From contig CM082586.2 of NCBI GenBank assembly GCA_040954595.2, positions 9,393,337-9,457,336 on the forward strand: 64,000 bases of DNA. Direction: 5' to 3'. The notes under the pieces were generated by a model. It made no database searches. It was given only the letters and a program-made list of their open reading frames with translations, and had not been told where the DNA came from. The translations under genes were made by a program, and so were the position numbers. Position 1 is the first letter of the stretch. The number at the start of each line of letters is the position of its first letter. Positions 40,685 through 52,864 of the stretch are shown here, piece after piece. Source of the DNA: Balanoglossus misakiensis (taxonomy: Eukaryota; Animalia; Hemichordata).

Positions 40685-43600
40685 AATTAAAGCTGCAAGC
40701 AGCATTGTCCGGGCCCAAGCTCTATTATCTGATCTGATTATTAGATATGCACATAATTAATGAGTAGAAACATAATGCTGTGTTTTATCCCATGAAATAT
40801 CAAGGTTATATCTATGTTTGGTGCTGATATAGTGTTAAGTAGGTCAAAGGTCACCCAGGGGTCACCCACAATTTGGGCAGAATATTTTGACCCATAGTGG
40901 TCCATGTCCAACAAAAACCAGACCTCTAGCCATTTTGGTTAACCCGGAATTAGGTATGCACATAAATAATGCGTAAAGCAGGTGTCACAGGTGACCACAA
41001 AACTTTGGCTTTTCATTATGGCCCCATACCTCCAAACGCCAAGGTTGTACCTGCTTTGGATGCCGAGATATGCAAAAGTAGGTCAAACGTCATCTGATAT
41101 CATCCAAAATTTGGGCAGAAAATTTTGACCCATAGTGGTCCATGTCCAACAAAAACCAGACCTCTAGCCCTTTTGGTTAGCCTGGAATTAGGTATGCACA
41201 TATTTAATGAGTTAAGCAGGTGTCACAGGTGACCCAAAACTTTTGCTATTCATTATGGCCCCATACCTCCAAACGCCAAGGCTGTATCTGCTGTGGATGT
41301 CGAGATATGCAAAAGTAGGTCAAAGGTCACCCGAGGTCACCCAACATTTGGGCAAAATATTTTGACCCCATACTGGTCCATGTATAACAAAAACAAAACC
41401 TCTAGGTCTATTGGTTCATCTGTAATTAGGTATGTGCATATTTAATGAGGTCAGCAGAGGTCAAAGGGGTCATGAAAAGTAGCAAAATTTTTTGATCACA
41501 TACAAATCCACATACATCAAAAACCAAACTTATAGCCCTATTGGTTAGCCTGGAATTAGATATGCAGAAAATTGATGCGTCAAAAGTAGGTCAAAGGTCA
41601 TTGCCAAAATTACCAAAATATTTATAGGTTATTCTTGTTATATGATGATTCATATCCATAAAAAGAATTTCTGTGCTATCAATTTTTAGGCTAGAAAGGG
41701 AATTTTTACTTTTTAATCGTTTTTCACAAAATCCAATATGGCCGCCATAATCTTCGACCAATCACATTCTTCTTCGCAAACTTGATAGACATCTGTTGAA
41801 TGACCACACACACCAAATCTTGTGATTCGGTTATCGCCGGTTCTCGAGAAGAAGATTTTTGAAATTTTACTAGGGTTTTTCGAAAATCCAATATGGCCGC
41901 CATAATCTTCGACCAATCACAATGATCTTCGCAAACTTGATAGACATCCGTTAGGTGACCACATACCCCAAACCCCGTGTCTCGGTTATCAACGGTTCTG
42001 GAGAAGAAGATTTTTGACATTTAAGCCGGATTTCAGAAAAAAAATTGTAGCAAAAAAACTGCAACATTGACAGCAAAATATCCAATTACAAAAATGATGG
42101 GTAGAAGGTAGACTACCTGCACACCAAATTTGAAGTCGATCTGACTTGTAGTTTCTGAGATCTGAGATTAGCATTTTTTCAGAAAATCCAATATGGCCGC
42201 CAGGTCACGTGACTAATTAAAAATTCATGGGTTCAATGCACAACTACTCATTGACCTTGACCACTGTAGCAAGTTTGAAAACTGTACCTGCATTGGTGTC
42301 TGAGATCTAGAGCGACAAAGAATTGACATAAGAATAAAGAAAGATTAAAGCTGCAAGCAGCATTGTCCGGGCCCAAGCTCTATTATCTGATCAGATTATT
42401 AGATATGCACATAATTAATGAGTAGAAACATAATGCTGTGTTTTATCCCACGAAATATCAAGGTTATATCTATGTTTGGTGTTGATATAGTGTTAAGTAG
42501 GTCAAAGGTCACCCAGAGGTCACCCACAATTTGGGCAGAAAATTTTGACCCATAGTGGTCCATGTCCAACAAAAACCAGACCTCTATCCCTTTTGGTTAG
42601 CCCGGAATTAGGTATGCACATAAATAATGAGTTAAGCAGGTGTCACAGGTGACCCAAAACTTTGGCTTTTCATTATGGCCCCATACCTCCAAACGCCAAG
42701 GCTGTATCTGCTGTGGATGTCGAGATATGCAAAAGTAGGTCAAAGGTCATCCGAGGTCACCCAACATTTGGGCAAAAAAATTTGACCCAATACTGGTTCA
42801 TGTCCAACAAAAACCAAACCTCTAGGTCTATTGGTTCATCTGTAATTAGGTATGCGCATATTTAATGAGGTCAGCAGAGGTCAAAGGGGTCATGAAAAGT
42901 AGCGAAATTTTTTGATTGCATACAAATCCACATACATCAAAAACCAAACTTATAGCCCTATTAGTTAGCCTGGAATTAGATATGCAGAAAAATGATGTGT
43001 CAAAAGTAGGTCAAAGGTCATTGCCAAAATTACCAAAATATTTATAGCTTATTCTTGGCATATGATGATTCATATCCATAAAAAGAATTTCTGTGCTATC
43101 AATTTTTAGGCTAGAAAGGGAATTTTTACTTTTTAATCGTTTTTCACAAAATCCAATATGGCCGCCATAATCTTCGACCAATCACATTCACCTTCGCAAA
43201 CTTGATAGACATCTGTTTAATGACCACACACACCAAATCTTGTGACTCAGTTATCGCCGGTTCTTGAGAAGAAGATTTTTGAAATTTTACTAGGGTTTTT
43301 CGAAAATCCAATATGGCCGCCATAATCTTCGACCAATCACAATGATCTTCGCAAACTTGATAGACCTCAGTTAGGTGACCACATACCCCAAACCACGTGA
43401 CTCGGTTATTGCCGGTTCTGGAGAAGAAGATTTTTGAAATTTTGACCAGATTTCAGAAAAAAAATTGTAGCAAAAAAACTGCAACATTGACAGCAAAATA
43501 TCCAATTACAAAAATGATGGGCAGAAGGTACACTACCAGCACACCAAATCTGAAGTAAATCTGACTTGTAGTTTCTGAGATCTGAGATTTGCATTTTTTC

Positions 43601-45468
43601 AGAAAATCCAATATGGCCGCCATGTCACGTGACTAATTAAAAATTCAAGAGTTCAATGCACGACTACCCATTGACCTTGACCACTGTAGCAAGTTTGAGA
43701 AGTGTACCTGCAGCGGTGTCTGAGATCTAGAGCGACAAAGAAATGACAGAAGAATAAAGAAAGAAGGAAAGACAGAATTAAAGCTGCAAGCAGCATTGTC
43801 CGGGCCCAAGCTCTATTATCTGATCTGATTATTAGATATGCACATAATTAATGAGTAGAAACATAATGCAGTGTTTTATCCCATGAAATATCAAGGTTAT
43901 ATCTATGTTTGGTGCTGATATAGTGTTAAGTAGGTCAAAGGTCACCCAGGGGTCACCCACAATTTGGGCAGAATATTTTGACCCATAGTGGTCAATGTCC
44001 AACAAAAACCAGACCTCTAGCCCTTTTGGTTAACCCGGAATTAGGTATGCACATAAATAATGCGTAAAGCAGGTGTCACAGGTGACCCCACAACTTTGGC
44101 TTTTCATTATGGCCCCATACCTCCAAACGCCAAGGTTGTACCTGCTTTGGATGCTGAGATATGCAAAAGTAGGTCAAAGGTCATCTGAGGTCACCCAAAA
44201 TTTGGGTAGAAAATTTTGACCCGTAGTGGTCCATGTATAACAAAAACAAAACCTCTAGGTCTATTGGTTCATCTGTAATTAGGTATGTGCATATTTAATG
44301 AGTAAAGCAGGTGTCACAGGTGACCCAAAACTTTGGCTTTTCATTATGGCCCCATACCTCCAAACGCCAAGGCTGTATCTGGTGTGGATGTCGAGATATG
44401 CAAAAGTAGGTCAAAGGTCACCCGAGGTCACCCAACATTTGGGCAAAATATTTTGACCCCATACTGGTCCATGTATAACAAAAACAAAACCTCTAGGTCT
44501 ATTGGTTCATCTGTAATTAGGTATATGCATATTTAATGAGGTCAGCAGAGGTCAAAGGGGTCATGAAAAGTAGCAAAATTTTTTGATCACATACAAATCC
44601 ACATACATCTAAAACCAAACTTATAGCCCTATTGGTTAGCCAGGAATTAGATATGCAGAAATAATAATGCATGATAAGTAGGTCAAAGGTCATTGCCAAA
44701 ATTACCAAAATATTTACAGCTTATTCTTGGCATATGATGATTCATATCCATAAAAAGAATTTCTGTGCTATCAATTTTTAGGCTAGAAACAGAATTTTTA
44801 CTTTTTAATCGTTGTTCACAAAATCCAATATGGCCGCCAAAATCTTCGACCAATCACAATGATCTTCGCAAACTTGATAGACATCTGTTTAATGACCACA
44901 CACACCAAATCTTGTGACTCGGTTATCGCCGGTTCTTGAGAAGAAGATTTTTGAAATTTTACTAGGGTTTTTCGAAAATCCAATATGGCCGCCATAATCT
45001 TCCACCAATCACAATGATCTTCGCAAACTTGATAGACCTCAGTTTGGTGACCACATACCCCAAACCGCGTGACTCGGTTATCGCCGGTTCTGGAGAAGAA
45101 GATTTTTGAAATTTTGACCAGATTTCAGAAAAACAACTGTAGCAAAAAAACTGCAACATTGACAGCAAAATATCCAATTACAAAAATGATGGGTAGAAGG
45201 TAGACTACCTGCACACCAAGTTTGAAGTCGATCTGACTTGTAGTTTCTGAGATCTGAGATTTGCATTTTTTCAGAAAATCTAATATGGCCGCCAGGTCAC
45301 GTGACTAATTAAAAATTCAAGGGTTCAATGCACATCTACTCATTGACCTTGACCACTGTAGCAAGTTTGAGAAGTGTACCTGCAGTGGTGTCTGAGATCT
45401 AGAGCGACAAAGAATTGACACAAGAATAAAGAAAGAAGAAAGAAGAAAGAAGAAAGAAGGAAAGACAG

Positions 45469-45574
45469 AAAAACCCCAACGAAACCAATAGGGCCCAAGC
45501 GCTGGTATGCGCTTGGGCCCTAAAAACCCCAACGAAACCAATAGGGCCCAAGCGCTGGTATGCGCTTGGGCCCT
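45469..45574 (-). repeat. Stack of 2 HINE 5' heads
   Basis: Loops TGGTAT x2. Confidence 0.9.
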
Positions 45575-48500
45575 AATTAAAGCTGCGAGCAGCATTGTCG
45601 GGCCCAAGCGCTGATCTCGAATTATATATGCACAGTATGAGGTCAAAGGGGTCATGAAAAGTAGCAAAATATTTTGATCACACACTAATCCACATGCATC
45701 AAAAACCAAACGTCTAGCCCTATAGGTTAGCCTTGAATTAGATATGCAGAAATAATAATGCGTGATAAGTAGGTCAAAGGTCATGTGAAAAATCGCCAAA
45801 AATTTGTAACATATTTTAGTCATATGACGAATGATATCCATGAAAAGAATTTGTATGCTATCAATTTTTAGACTAGGAAAAGGAATTTCAATTTTTCACT
45901 GCTTTTTACGAAATCCAATATGGCGGCCATAATCTTCGACCAATCACAATGCTCGTTGCAAACTTGATAGACATCAGTGTTGTGACCATACTCCCCGAAT
46001 CTTGCGACTCAGTTATCGCCAGTTCTGGAGTAGAAGATTTTTGCAGTTTTACTATGGTTTTCCGAAAATCCAATATGGCCGCCATAATCTTCGACCAATC
46101 ACAATGCTTCTTATCAAACTTGATAGACATCAGTTAGGTGACCACATACCCCAAACCGCGTCACTCGGTTATCACCGGTTCTGGAGAAGAAGATTTTTGA
46201 AATTTAAGCCAGATTTCAGAAAAAAAATTGTAGCAAAAAAACTGCAACATTTACAGCAAAATATCCAATTACAAAAATGATGGGTAGAAGGTAGACTACC
46301 TGCACACCAAATTTGAAGTCGATCTGACTTGTAGTTTCTGAGATCTGAGATTTGCATTTTTTCAGAAAATCCAATATGGCCGCCAGGTCACGTGACTAAT
46401 TAAAAATTCAAGGGTTCAATGCACGACTACTCATTGACCTTGACCACTGTAGCAAGTTTGAAAACTGTACCTGCAGTGGTGTCTGAGATCTAGAGCGACA
46501 AAGAAGTGAACCAAGAATAAAGAAAGAAAGAAAGAAAGAAAGAAAGAATTAAAGCTGCAAGCAGCATTGTCGGGCCCAAGCGCTGATCCGGAATTATATA
46601 TGCACAGTATGAATGAGAAGAAACAGAATGCTCTATCAGGTTTTCTATCTCATGACATAACAAGGACGTATGTATTTTTGCTGCAGAAATAGAGTAAAGT
46701 AGGTAAAAGGTCACCTGAGGTCATCTAAATTTTGGGAAATTTTTTTTGACCCATACTGGTCCATGTCCAACAAAAACCAAAACTCTAGCTCTATTGGTTC
46801 GCCTGTAATTAGGTATGTGCATATTTAATGAGGTCAGCAGGTGTCACAGGTGACCCAAAAATGTGGCTTTACATTTTGGTCCCATCCTGCCAAATGCCAT
46901 GGCTGTATCTGCTCTGGATGCTGAGATATGCGAAAGTAGGTCAAAGGTCACCAGAGGTCTTCCAAAATTTGGGCAAAAAATATTGATCCCATACATGTCC
47001 ATGTCCAACAAAAACCAAACCTCTAGCTCTATTGGTTCGCCTGTAATTAGCTATGCACATAATTAATGAGGTCAGCAGAGGTCAAAGGGGTCATGAAAAG
47101 TAGCAAAATATTTTGATCACACACTAATCCACATGCATCAAAAACCAAACGTCTAGCCCTATAGGTTAGCCTTGAATTAGATATGCAGAAATAATAATGC
47201 GTGATAAGTAGGTCAAAGGTCATGTGAAAAATCGCCAAAAATTTGTAACATATTTTAGTCATATAACGATTGATATCCATGAAAAGAATTTGTATGCTAT
47301 CAATTTTTAGACTAGGAAAAGGAATTTCAATTTTTCACTGCTTTTTACGAAATCCAATATGGCCGCCATAATCTTCGACCAATCACAATGCTTCTTATCA
47401 AACTTGATAGACATCAGTTAGGTGACCACATACCCCAAACCGCGTCACTCGGTTATCACCGGTTCTGGAGAAGAAGATTTTTGAAATTTAAGCCAGATTT
47501 CAGAAAAAAAATTGTAGCAAAAAAACTGCAACATTTACAGCAAAATATCCAATTACAAAAATGATGGGTAGAAGGTAGACTACCTGCACACCAAATTTGA
47601 AGTCGATCTGACTTGTAGTTTCTGAGATCTGAGATTTGCATTTTTTCAGAAAATCCAATATGGCCGCCAGGTCACGTGACTAATTAAAAATTCAAGGGTT
47701 CAATGCACGACTACTCATTGACCTTGACCACTGTAGCAAGTTTGAAAACTGTACCTGCAGTGGTGTCTGAGATCTAGAGCGACAAAGAAGTGAACCAAGA
47801 ATAAAGAAAGAAAGAAAGAAAGAAAGAAAGAATTAAAGCTGCAAGCAGCATTGTCGGGCCCAAGCGCTGATCCGGAATTATATATGCACAGTATGAATGA
47901 GAAGAAACAGAATGCTCTATCAGGTTTTCTATCTCATGACATAACAAGGACGTATGTATTTTTGCTGCAGAAATAGAGTAAAGTAGGTAAAAGGTCACCT
48001 GAGGTCATCTAAATTTTGGGAAATTTTTTTTGACCCATACTGGTCCATGTCCAACAAAAACCAAAACTCTAGCTCTATTGGTTCGCCTGTAGTTAGGTAT
48101 GTGCATATTTAATGAGGTCAGCAGGTGTCACAGGTGACCCAAAAATGTGGCTTTACATTTTGGTCCCATCCTGCCAAATGCCATGGCTGTATCTGCTCTG
48201 GATGCTGAGATATGCGAAAGTAGGTCAAAGGTCACCAGAGGTCTTCCAAAATTTGGGCAAAAAATATTGATCCCATACATGTCCATGTCCAACAAAAACC
48301 AAACCTCTAGCTCTATTGGTTCGCCTGTAATTAGCTATGCACATAATTAATGAGGTCAGCAGAGGTCAAAGGGGTCATGAAAAGTAGCAAAATATTTTGA
48401 TCACACACTAATCCACATGCATCAAAAACCAAACGTCTAGCCCTATAGGTTAGCCTTGAATTAGATATGCAGAAATAATAATGCGTGATAAGTAGGTCAA

Positions 48501-49102
48501 AGGTCATGTGAAAAATCGCCAAAAATTTGTAACATATTTTAGTCATATAACGATTGATATCCATGAAAAGAATTTGTATGCTATCAATTTTTAGACTAGG
48601 AAAAGGAATTTCAATTTTTCACTGCTTTTTACGAAATCCAATATGGCCGCCATAATCTTCGACCAATCACAATGCTTCTTATCAAACTTGATAGACATCA
48701 GTTAGGTGACCACATACCCCAAACCGCGTCACTCGGTTATCACCGGTTCTGGAGAAGAAGATTTTTGAAATTTAAGCCAGATTTCAGAAAAAAAATTGTA
48801 GCAAAAAAACTGCAACATTTACAGCAAAATATCCAATTACAAAAATGATGGGTAGAAGGTAGACTACCTGCACACCAAATTTGAAGTCGATCTGACTTGT
48901 AGTTTCTGAGATCTGAGATTTGCATTTTTTCAGAAAATCCAATATGGCCGCCAGGTCACGTGACTAATTAAAAATTCAAGGGTTCAATGCACGACTACTC
49001 ATTGACCTTGACCACTGTAGCAAGTTTGAAAACTGTACCTGCAGTGGTGTCTGAGATCTAGAGCGACAAAGAAGTGAACCAAGAATAAAGAAAGAAAGAA
49101 AG

Positions 49103-49323
49103 AAAAACCCCAACGAAACCAATAGGGCCCAAGCGCTGCTATGCGCTTGGGCCCTAAAAACCCCAACGAAACCAATAGGGCCCAAGCGCTGCTATGCGCT
49201 TGGGCCCTAAAAAACCCCAACGAAACCAATAGGGCCCAAGCGCTGCTATGCGCTTGGGCCCTAAAGAAAGAAAAACCCCAACGAAACCAATAGGGCCCAA
49301 GCGCTGGCTTGCGCTTGGGCCCT
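49103..49323 (-). repeat. Terminal stack of 4 HINE 5' heads (outer boundary of the array)
   Basis: Loops TGCTAT x3, TGGCTT; unrelated LINE sequence follows at 49324. Confidence 0.9.
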
Positions 49324-50940
49324 AATAACTTTGATAGCCTCAGTTGGCAGGTAACCATGAACAATCATAGCATTAATACAACAAGTCAAAATGGTAAAAT
49401 AGAGGAGTCTGAGAATTTGAGGTGCTCAGCTGAAATATTGTCAATGCCAGCTGTCTTGTCGTCAGGTAACTTGTGTATAGCAGAAATTACTTCGTCTTCA
49501 GAAACATACATATCAGAAGAAAAGTTAACATACTTCATTTTCTCCTCGATGTCATTTTTACCAGTCTGAGCCTGGACAGAATTCAAAATATCACTGAAAT
49601 GCTTGTGCCACATAATTGCAATTTCACTCTCACCAGTCGCTCCACCTACAGTGTCAGAAAGTGGCGTTTTTCTGCTAGTTTGCTTTCTGACTTCCTTCCA
49701 GAAGTCGTTCTGTTTGTGGCAGCATAAATTGTCAGCCATCTTGTCAGCCCTATTTTGATTCTCAATCTTTTTACAAGCACGTAAAGCATACTTAAAACGA
49801 GCTCTGAAAGATTTCATGGTTTCAAAAAGCGGGCCTTGTTTAGGTTTACCCCCATTAACCCATAATAAAAAACATGGAACGGGCATAGTCGTGACTTTCT
49901 TTTACAAAATCGTTCCAGCCAGGTACAACATGAACTTTCTGGTGAAACTTACCCCTAATGGTATATTTTGCAGCACAATTCAATGCGTCCACAATACTAC
50001 TATAACAAGTATCAATTGCCTGTAAATGCGAAGGGTCTGTACAGTTCACATTAGTGCAGAATAACTGTTCGGATAAATTAATCTTATCAATCTTGGCTTT
50101 GGTACAAGGGTGTAGGCGGATATATTCTGCTGTGACAATTTTTTTCCAATCAACTCGAAAATTACATTGCTTGAAGGAACTACTGCTGAAGCTTTCATCA
50201 GCAGAAGTGTTGAAATGAACCTCTATTGAAACAGGAATATGGTCGGAGTCAACAACATTGCAAAGGCTCGAAATTGAAAGAACATTGCTATGAGAAACTT
50301 CAGTGGTAACACAGTGGTCAATCCATGAAGTACTGCCATGAGCATCGCTAATCTAAGTAAACGTACCAGACTCCCTGCCTAGCAACTCAACATCAGAAAC
50401 GATGTAACCAAATTGCTCACAATGCTCCATCAACTCACGGCCAAAGCCTGTATCAGTAGTTACATCAGCATTCCAGTCACCAATAAAAAAGACATTCCCA
50501 GTGTTAATATCAGAAACAATGGAATTGATTTTCGCCAAGTACTCACTGAACACTTCAAAATTATCATTAGTATTGGTGGGCAAATAACAGTTTACAATAA
50601 CAAGTTTGTCAGTATCATTTTCTAAAACTAAACCAAGCAAGCGACTATCAGCAAACTCAACAATACTGGCAAGTTTGCCAAGCGATCTACGCCAAAGAAT
50701 TGCAACCCCCCCGTACGGTCTACCAATACGGAGTTCAGACGAATCAAAAGCAGATACTCCGAATGACATAAAATCCAAATGTATGTCATGTAAAATTGAC
50801 AGCTCTTCCTTAGCAAGCCAGTGTTCTTGTAAAAGACAGATATCATGGGTTTCACATAATTCATACACAGAATGAAAGCTTGATTTCACAGAGCGACAGT
50901 TAAATGACACAATCCGTAAACTATTTTTGCGTTTTGTCAT
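49324..50940 (-). pseudogene. Non-LTR retrotransposon ORF2 (APE endonuclease and linker up to the start of RT), disrupted; RTE-X-like
   Basis: SFNCRS, LLQEHWL, GRPYGGVAI, NCYLP, IGDWNAD, in-frame stop at 50353, then SWIDHCV and SDHIP; PGWN...GKP...FKYALR; KTAGIDNISAEHLKF...HGYLP. Several frameshifts; cut at 49324 by the HINE array. Confidence 0.85.
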
Positions 50941-51245
50941 GGCGTCTGAGATTTATAGTATTTTCTTACAAGAGTATCCTGAGGCCAATTTACAGGATCA
51001 AGGGCAACTCTAATGTCTACATCAGATAATTCAACCATAAAAGAAGCATACATATCATACTTTGTTTTCAGTTTTGTACAGTTCACACCTACATCAAATT
51101 TGTCCGCAGCATAGCGCTCAACATTTTCACATGTTGTTGCTGGATTCAGCCGGGACACGAAAAGTGTACATACACGCCACGGTCTTGCGCCTTGGAGGCC
51201 AGCTGTAGTACTCAGCGCAGTTCCAATCACAGGCTGGGTTCTCTT
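50937..51245 (-). pseudogene. C-terminal part of ORF1 of the same LINE (5'-truncated)
   Basis: LFVSRL.P.T...KLKTKY..YASF.V...NWP...LVRKY; its stop overlaps the ORF2 start (ATGA at 50937-50940). Confidence 0.7.
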
Positions 51246-51605
51246 AAGAGGGATCTGAGGGTGAAAGGCTTGACAGAGCCTTTTGCTGAGGATCTAGACA
51301 GGGATTCAAGACTGAGAAAAAAACCCAGAAAAGGCCCTCTGCTATAAACATGTTTTTGTGGTCCATGTGTGTCACTAGTGTGGGTATAGCCCTGACATTG
51401 TTCCTAAATCACCAGTGGCAATATTGTGGCGTTGATGAGTTTTTTTTCGATCACTATAGCCGAGATGGTTTGGCCAGGCAAGGCTAGACTTGATCAGCCA
51501 TGCACACATCTACATACTGGTATGTGTGTCACTAAGATATATGCACAATTTCATTTGAATAAATGTCTCAAAACATAAGTATTTTTCCCCATTGTTTATT
51601 CACAG

Positions 51606-52864
51606 ATGTTCCAAATCGAGAGTACCCTACCAGATTCAGATGACGTCATTGTTCTTGATCCCCAATGGTTATGTTCTAGAATATTCGGTACCATGCTGGC
51701 TCCTGAAATATTTGAGCAGTTTGCAAACCGCTTGCCGCGGAAGTCCTTACATATGAGAAGCGAAATTGAGGAAGTTTTCCATGGTCTGGCAGATATTGAT
51801 TTGCTGATAAATCTTCTCAAAGAGTTTGCCCTTCTCTATGAGGTCATTTCTGAATCCAATACTGTAACTGGGTATGTAATACCTGAGTTGTTGGACACAG
51901 ATATGCCTGCAAATCAGTGGAAACAGGATGCTACTAAAAGATTTACTATGGTAGACGGTTCCAATGCAGAGATGATGCTGATAGTTTCTCGCCAGGATTT
52001 TCCCCCCGACTTAATGCCCGAATAGAACGCCATTTCCGAAAGATCAACCGACGGACAAGTGGTATATGAAAAAATGGCATCAAAGTGTGTCACAATGCAG
52101 AAGGCTTGGTGTATATGACAAAAGGTTGGAGAGCTATCCATGTTTGTGTTAGAGCAGAGAAAGAAGAGGAAATCGGCGAATGCTACAAATTATTAGAGAC
52201 AATAACTGATATTGTCTATGAAGTGTTAGAGATCTGCTGTCCTGGTACAAGACTTGACATCCACGTGTTGAGTTCAGATTCTCTTCGAATCCATCGCAAC
52301 CCTGAAGATGTCACATTCTATACATTGAAGCAAATTCGGGAAGCAGAAGAGAGGAATGAGAAGGTGTACAACGAGGAGATGGTGATTTCAGAAGCAGCTA
52401 CTGACTTTCTTTGTGCTGGGTATGATACAACCATCCTCTGACACAGTGGATATGAAAGTGATGTCAAGTGGATGCTGAAGGATGCCCTCAAGATATTTTC
52501 TAATATCATGGATATCATCCGTTTATCCGGCAATGACTACAGGGCTATGGCAGACTTGATGGGGATCCCTCGCATGGAGGTGGATTCATGGCAATACAGT
52601 GCATTGATTCAATCCCCAACACAACATGCTTTATCTGTTTGGTCCAAGGGCTGTGGAGGACAACAACGTGCAGGCCAACAGCCAACTGCAGATAAGAAAT
52701 TCTGTAAGAGCAATTTTTCCAACCTGGTTAAAATTTTTGAGCAAGAAAGTTGTGATGTCTACGCTGCCAGAGAAGAAATACATGAGATGTTCCGAAAACT
52801 TGGTGTGTCAGCTGATCATCATGATGTTGAAGGTGACATGGCTAATCTACATCTTACATCTTAA
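51606..52864 (+). pseudogene. Terminal exon of a DAPK-like Roco gene (COR + death domain), disabled
   Basis: Acceptor TTTATTCACAG at 51605; VLDPQWLCSRIFG, YVIPELL, YYGRRFQC...FSPGF.PRL, CCPG; death-like NDYRAMADLMGI...SPTQHALSVW. Frameshift at ~51937; TGA stops at 52067 and 52439. Confidence 0.7.

Larger units (their letters stand above)
1..49323 (-). mobile_element. Nested/tandem array of non-autonomous Helentron (HINE/DINE-1-like) elements; 27 complete bodies plus 1 partial; continues off the left edge
   Basis: Minus-strand unit: TT-AGGGCCCAAGCGC-N6-GCGCTTGGGCCCT-ATTGGTTTCGTTGG (hairpin head), (CTTT)n, ~120-bp subrepeats (AATATGGCCGCC on +), ~185-bp subrepeats (AGTAGGTCAAAGGTCA on +), then GC(GC)TTGGGCCC(G)GACAAT-GCTGC-TY-GCAGC-TTTAAT. 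3' ends on + at ~93, 1720, 3151, 4583, 6115, 7461, 8888, 10329, 11772, 13422, 16671, 18104, 19202, 20737, 30074, 31509, 32996, 34432, 35857, 37276, 39139, 40685, 42345, 43777, 45575, 46547, 47831. No TSDs seen; junctions fall in T runs. This matches the described HINE layout. Confidence 0.8.

Noticed and set aside
1-49323. Ordinary satellite/higher-order repeat or assembly artefact
   Set aside because: Units are diverged with no fixed periodic order, carry transposon termini, and show head-body pairing that an artefact would not create.
410-49364. Many recurring short ORFs (MQISDLRNYK..., MALHFGP..., RAQA..AWALLVSL repeats)
   Set aside because: Chance translations of the repeat unit and heads; broken by indels in sister copies; no recognisable domains.
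52067-52441. Selenocysteine or readthrough at in-frame TGA codons
   Set aside because: The same exon has a frameshift; the stops fit TGG>TGA and CGA>TGA mutations; no SECIS evidence.
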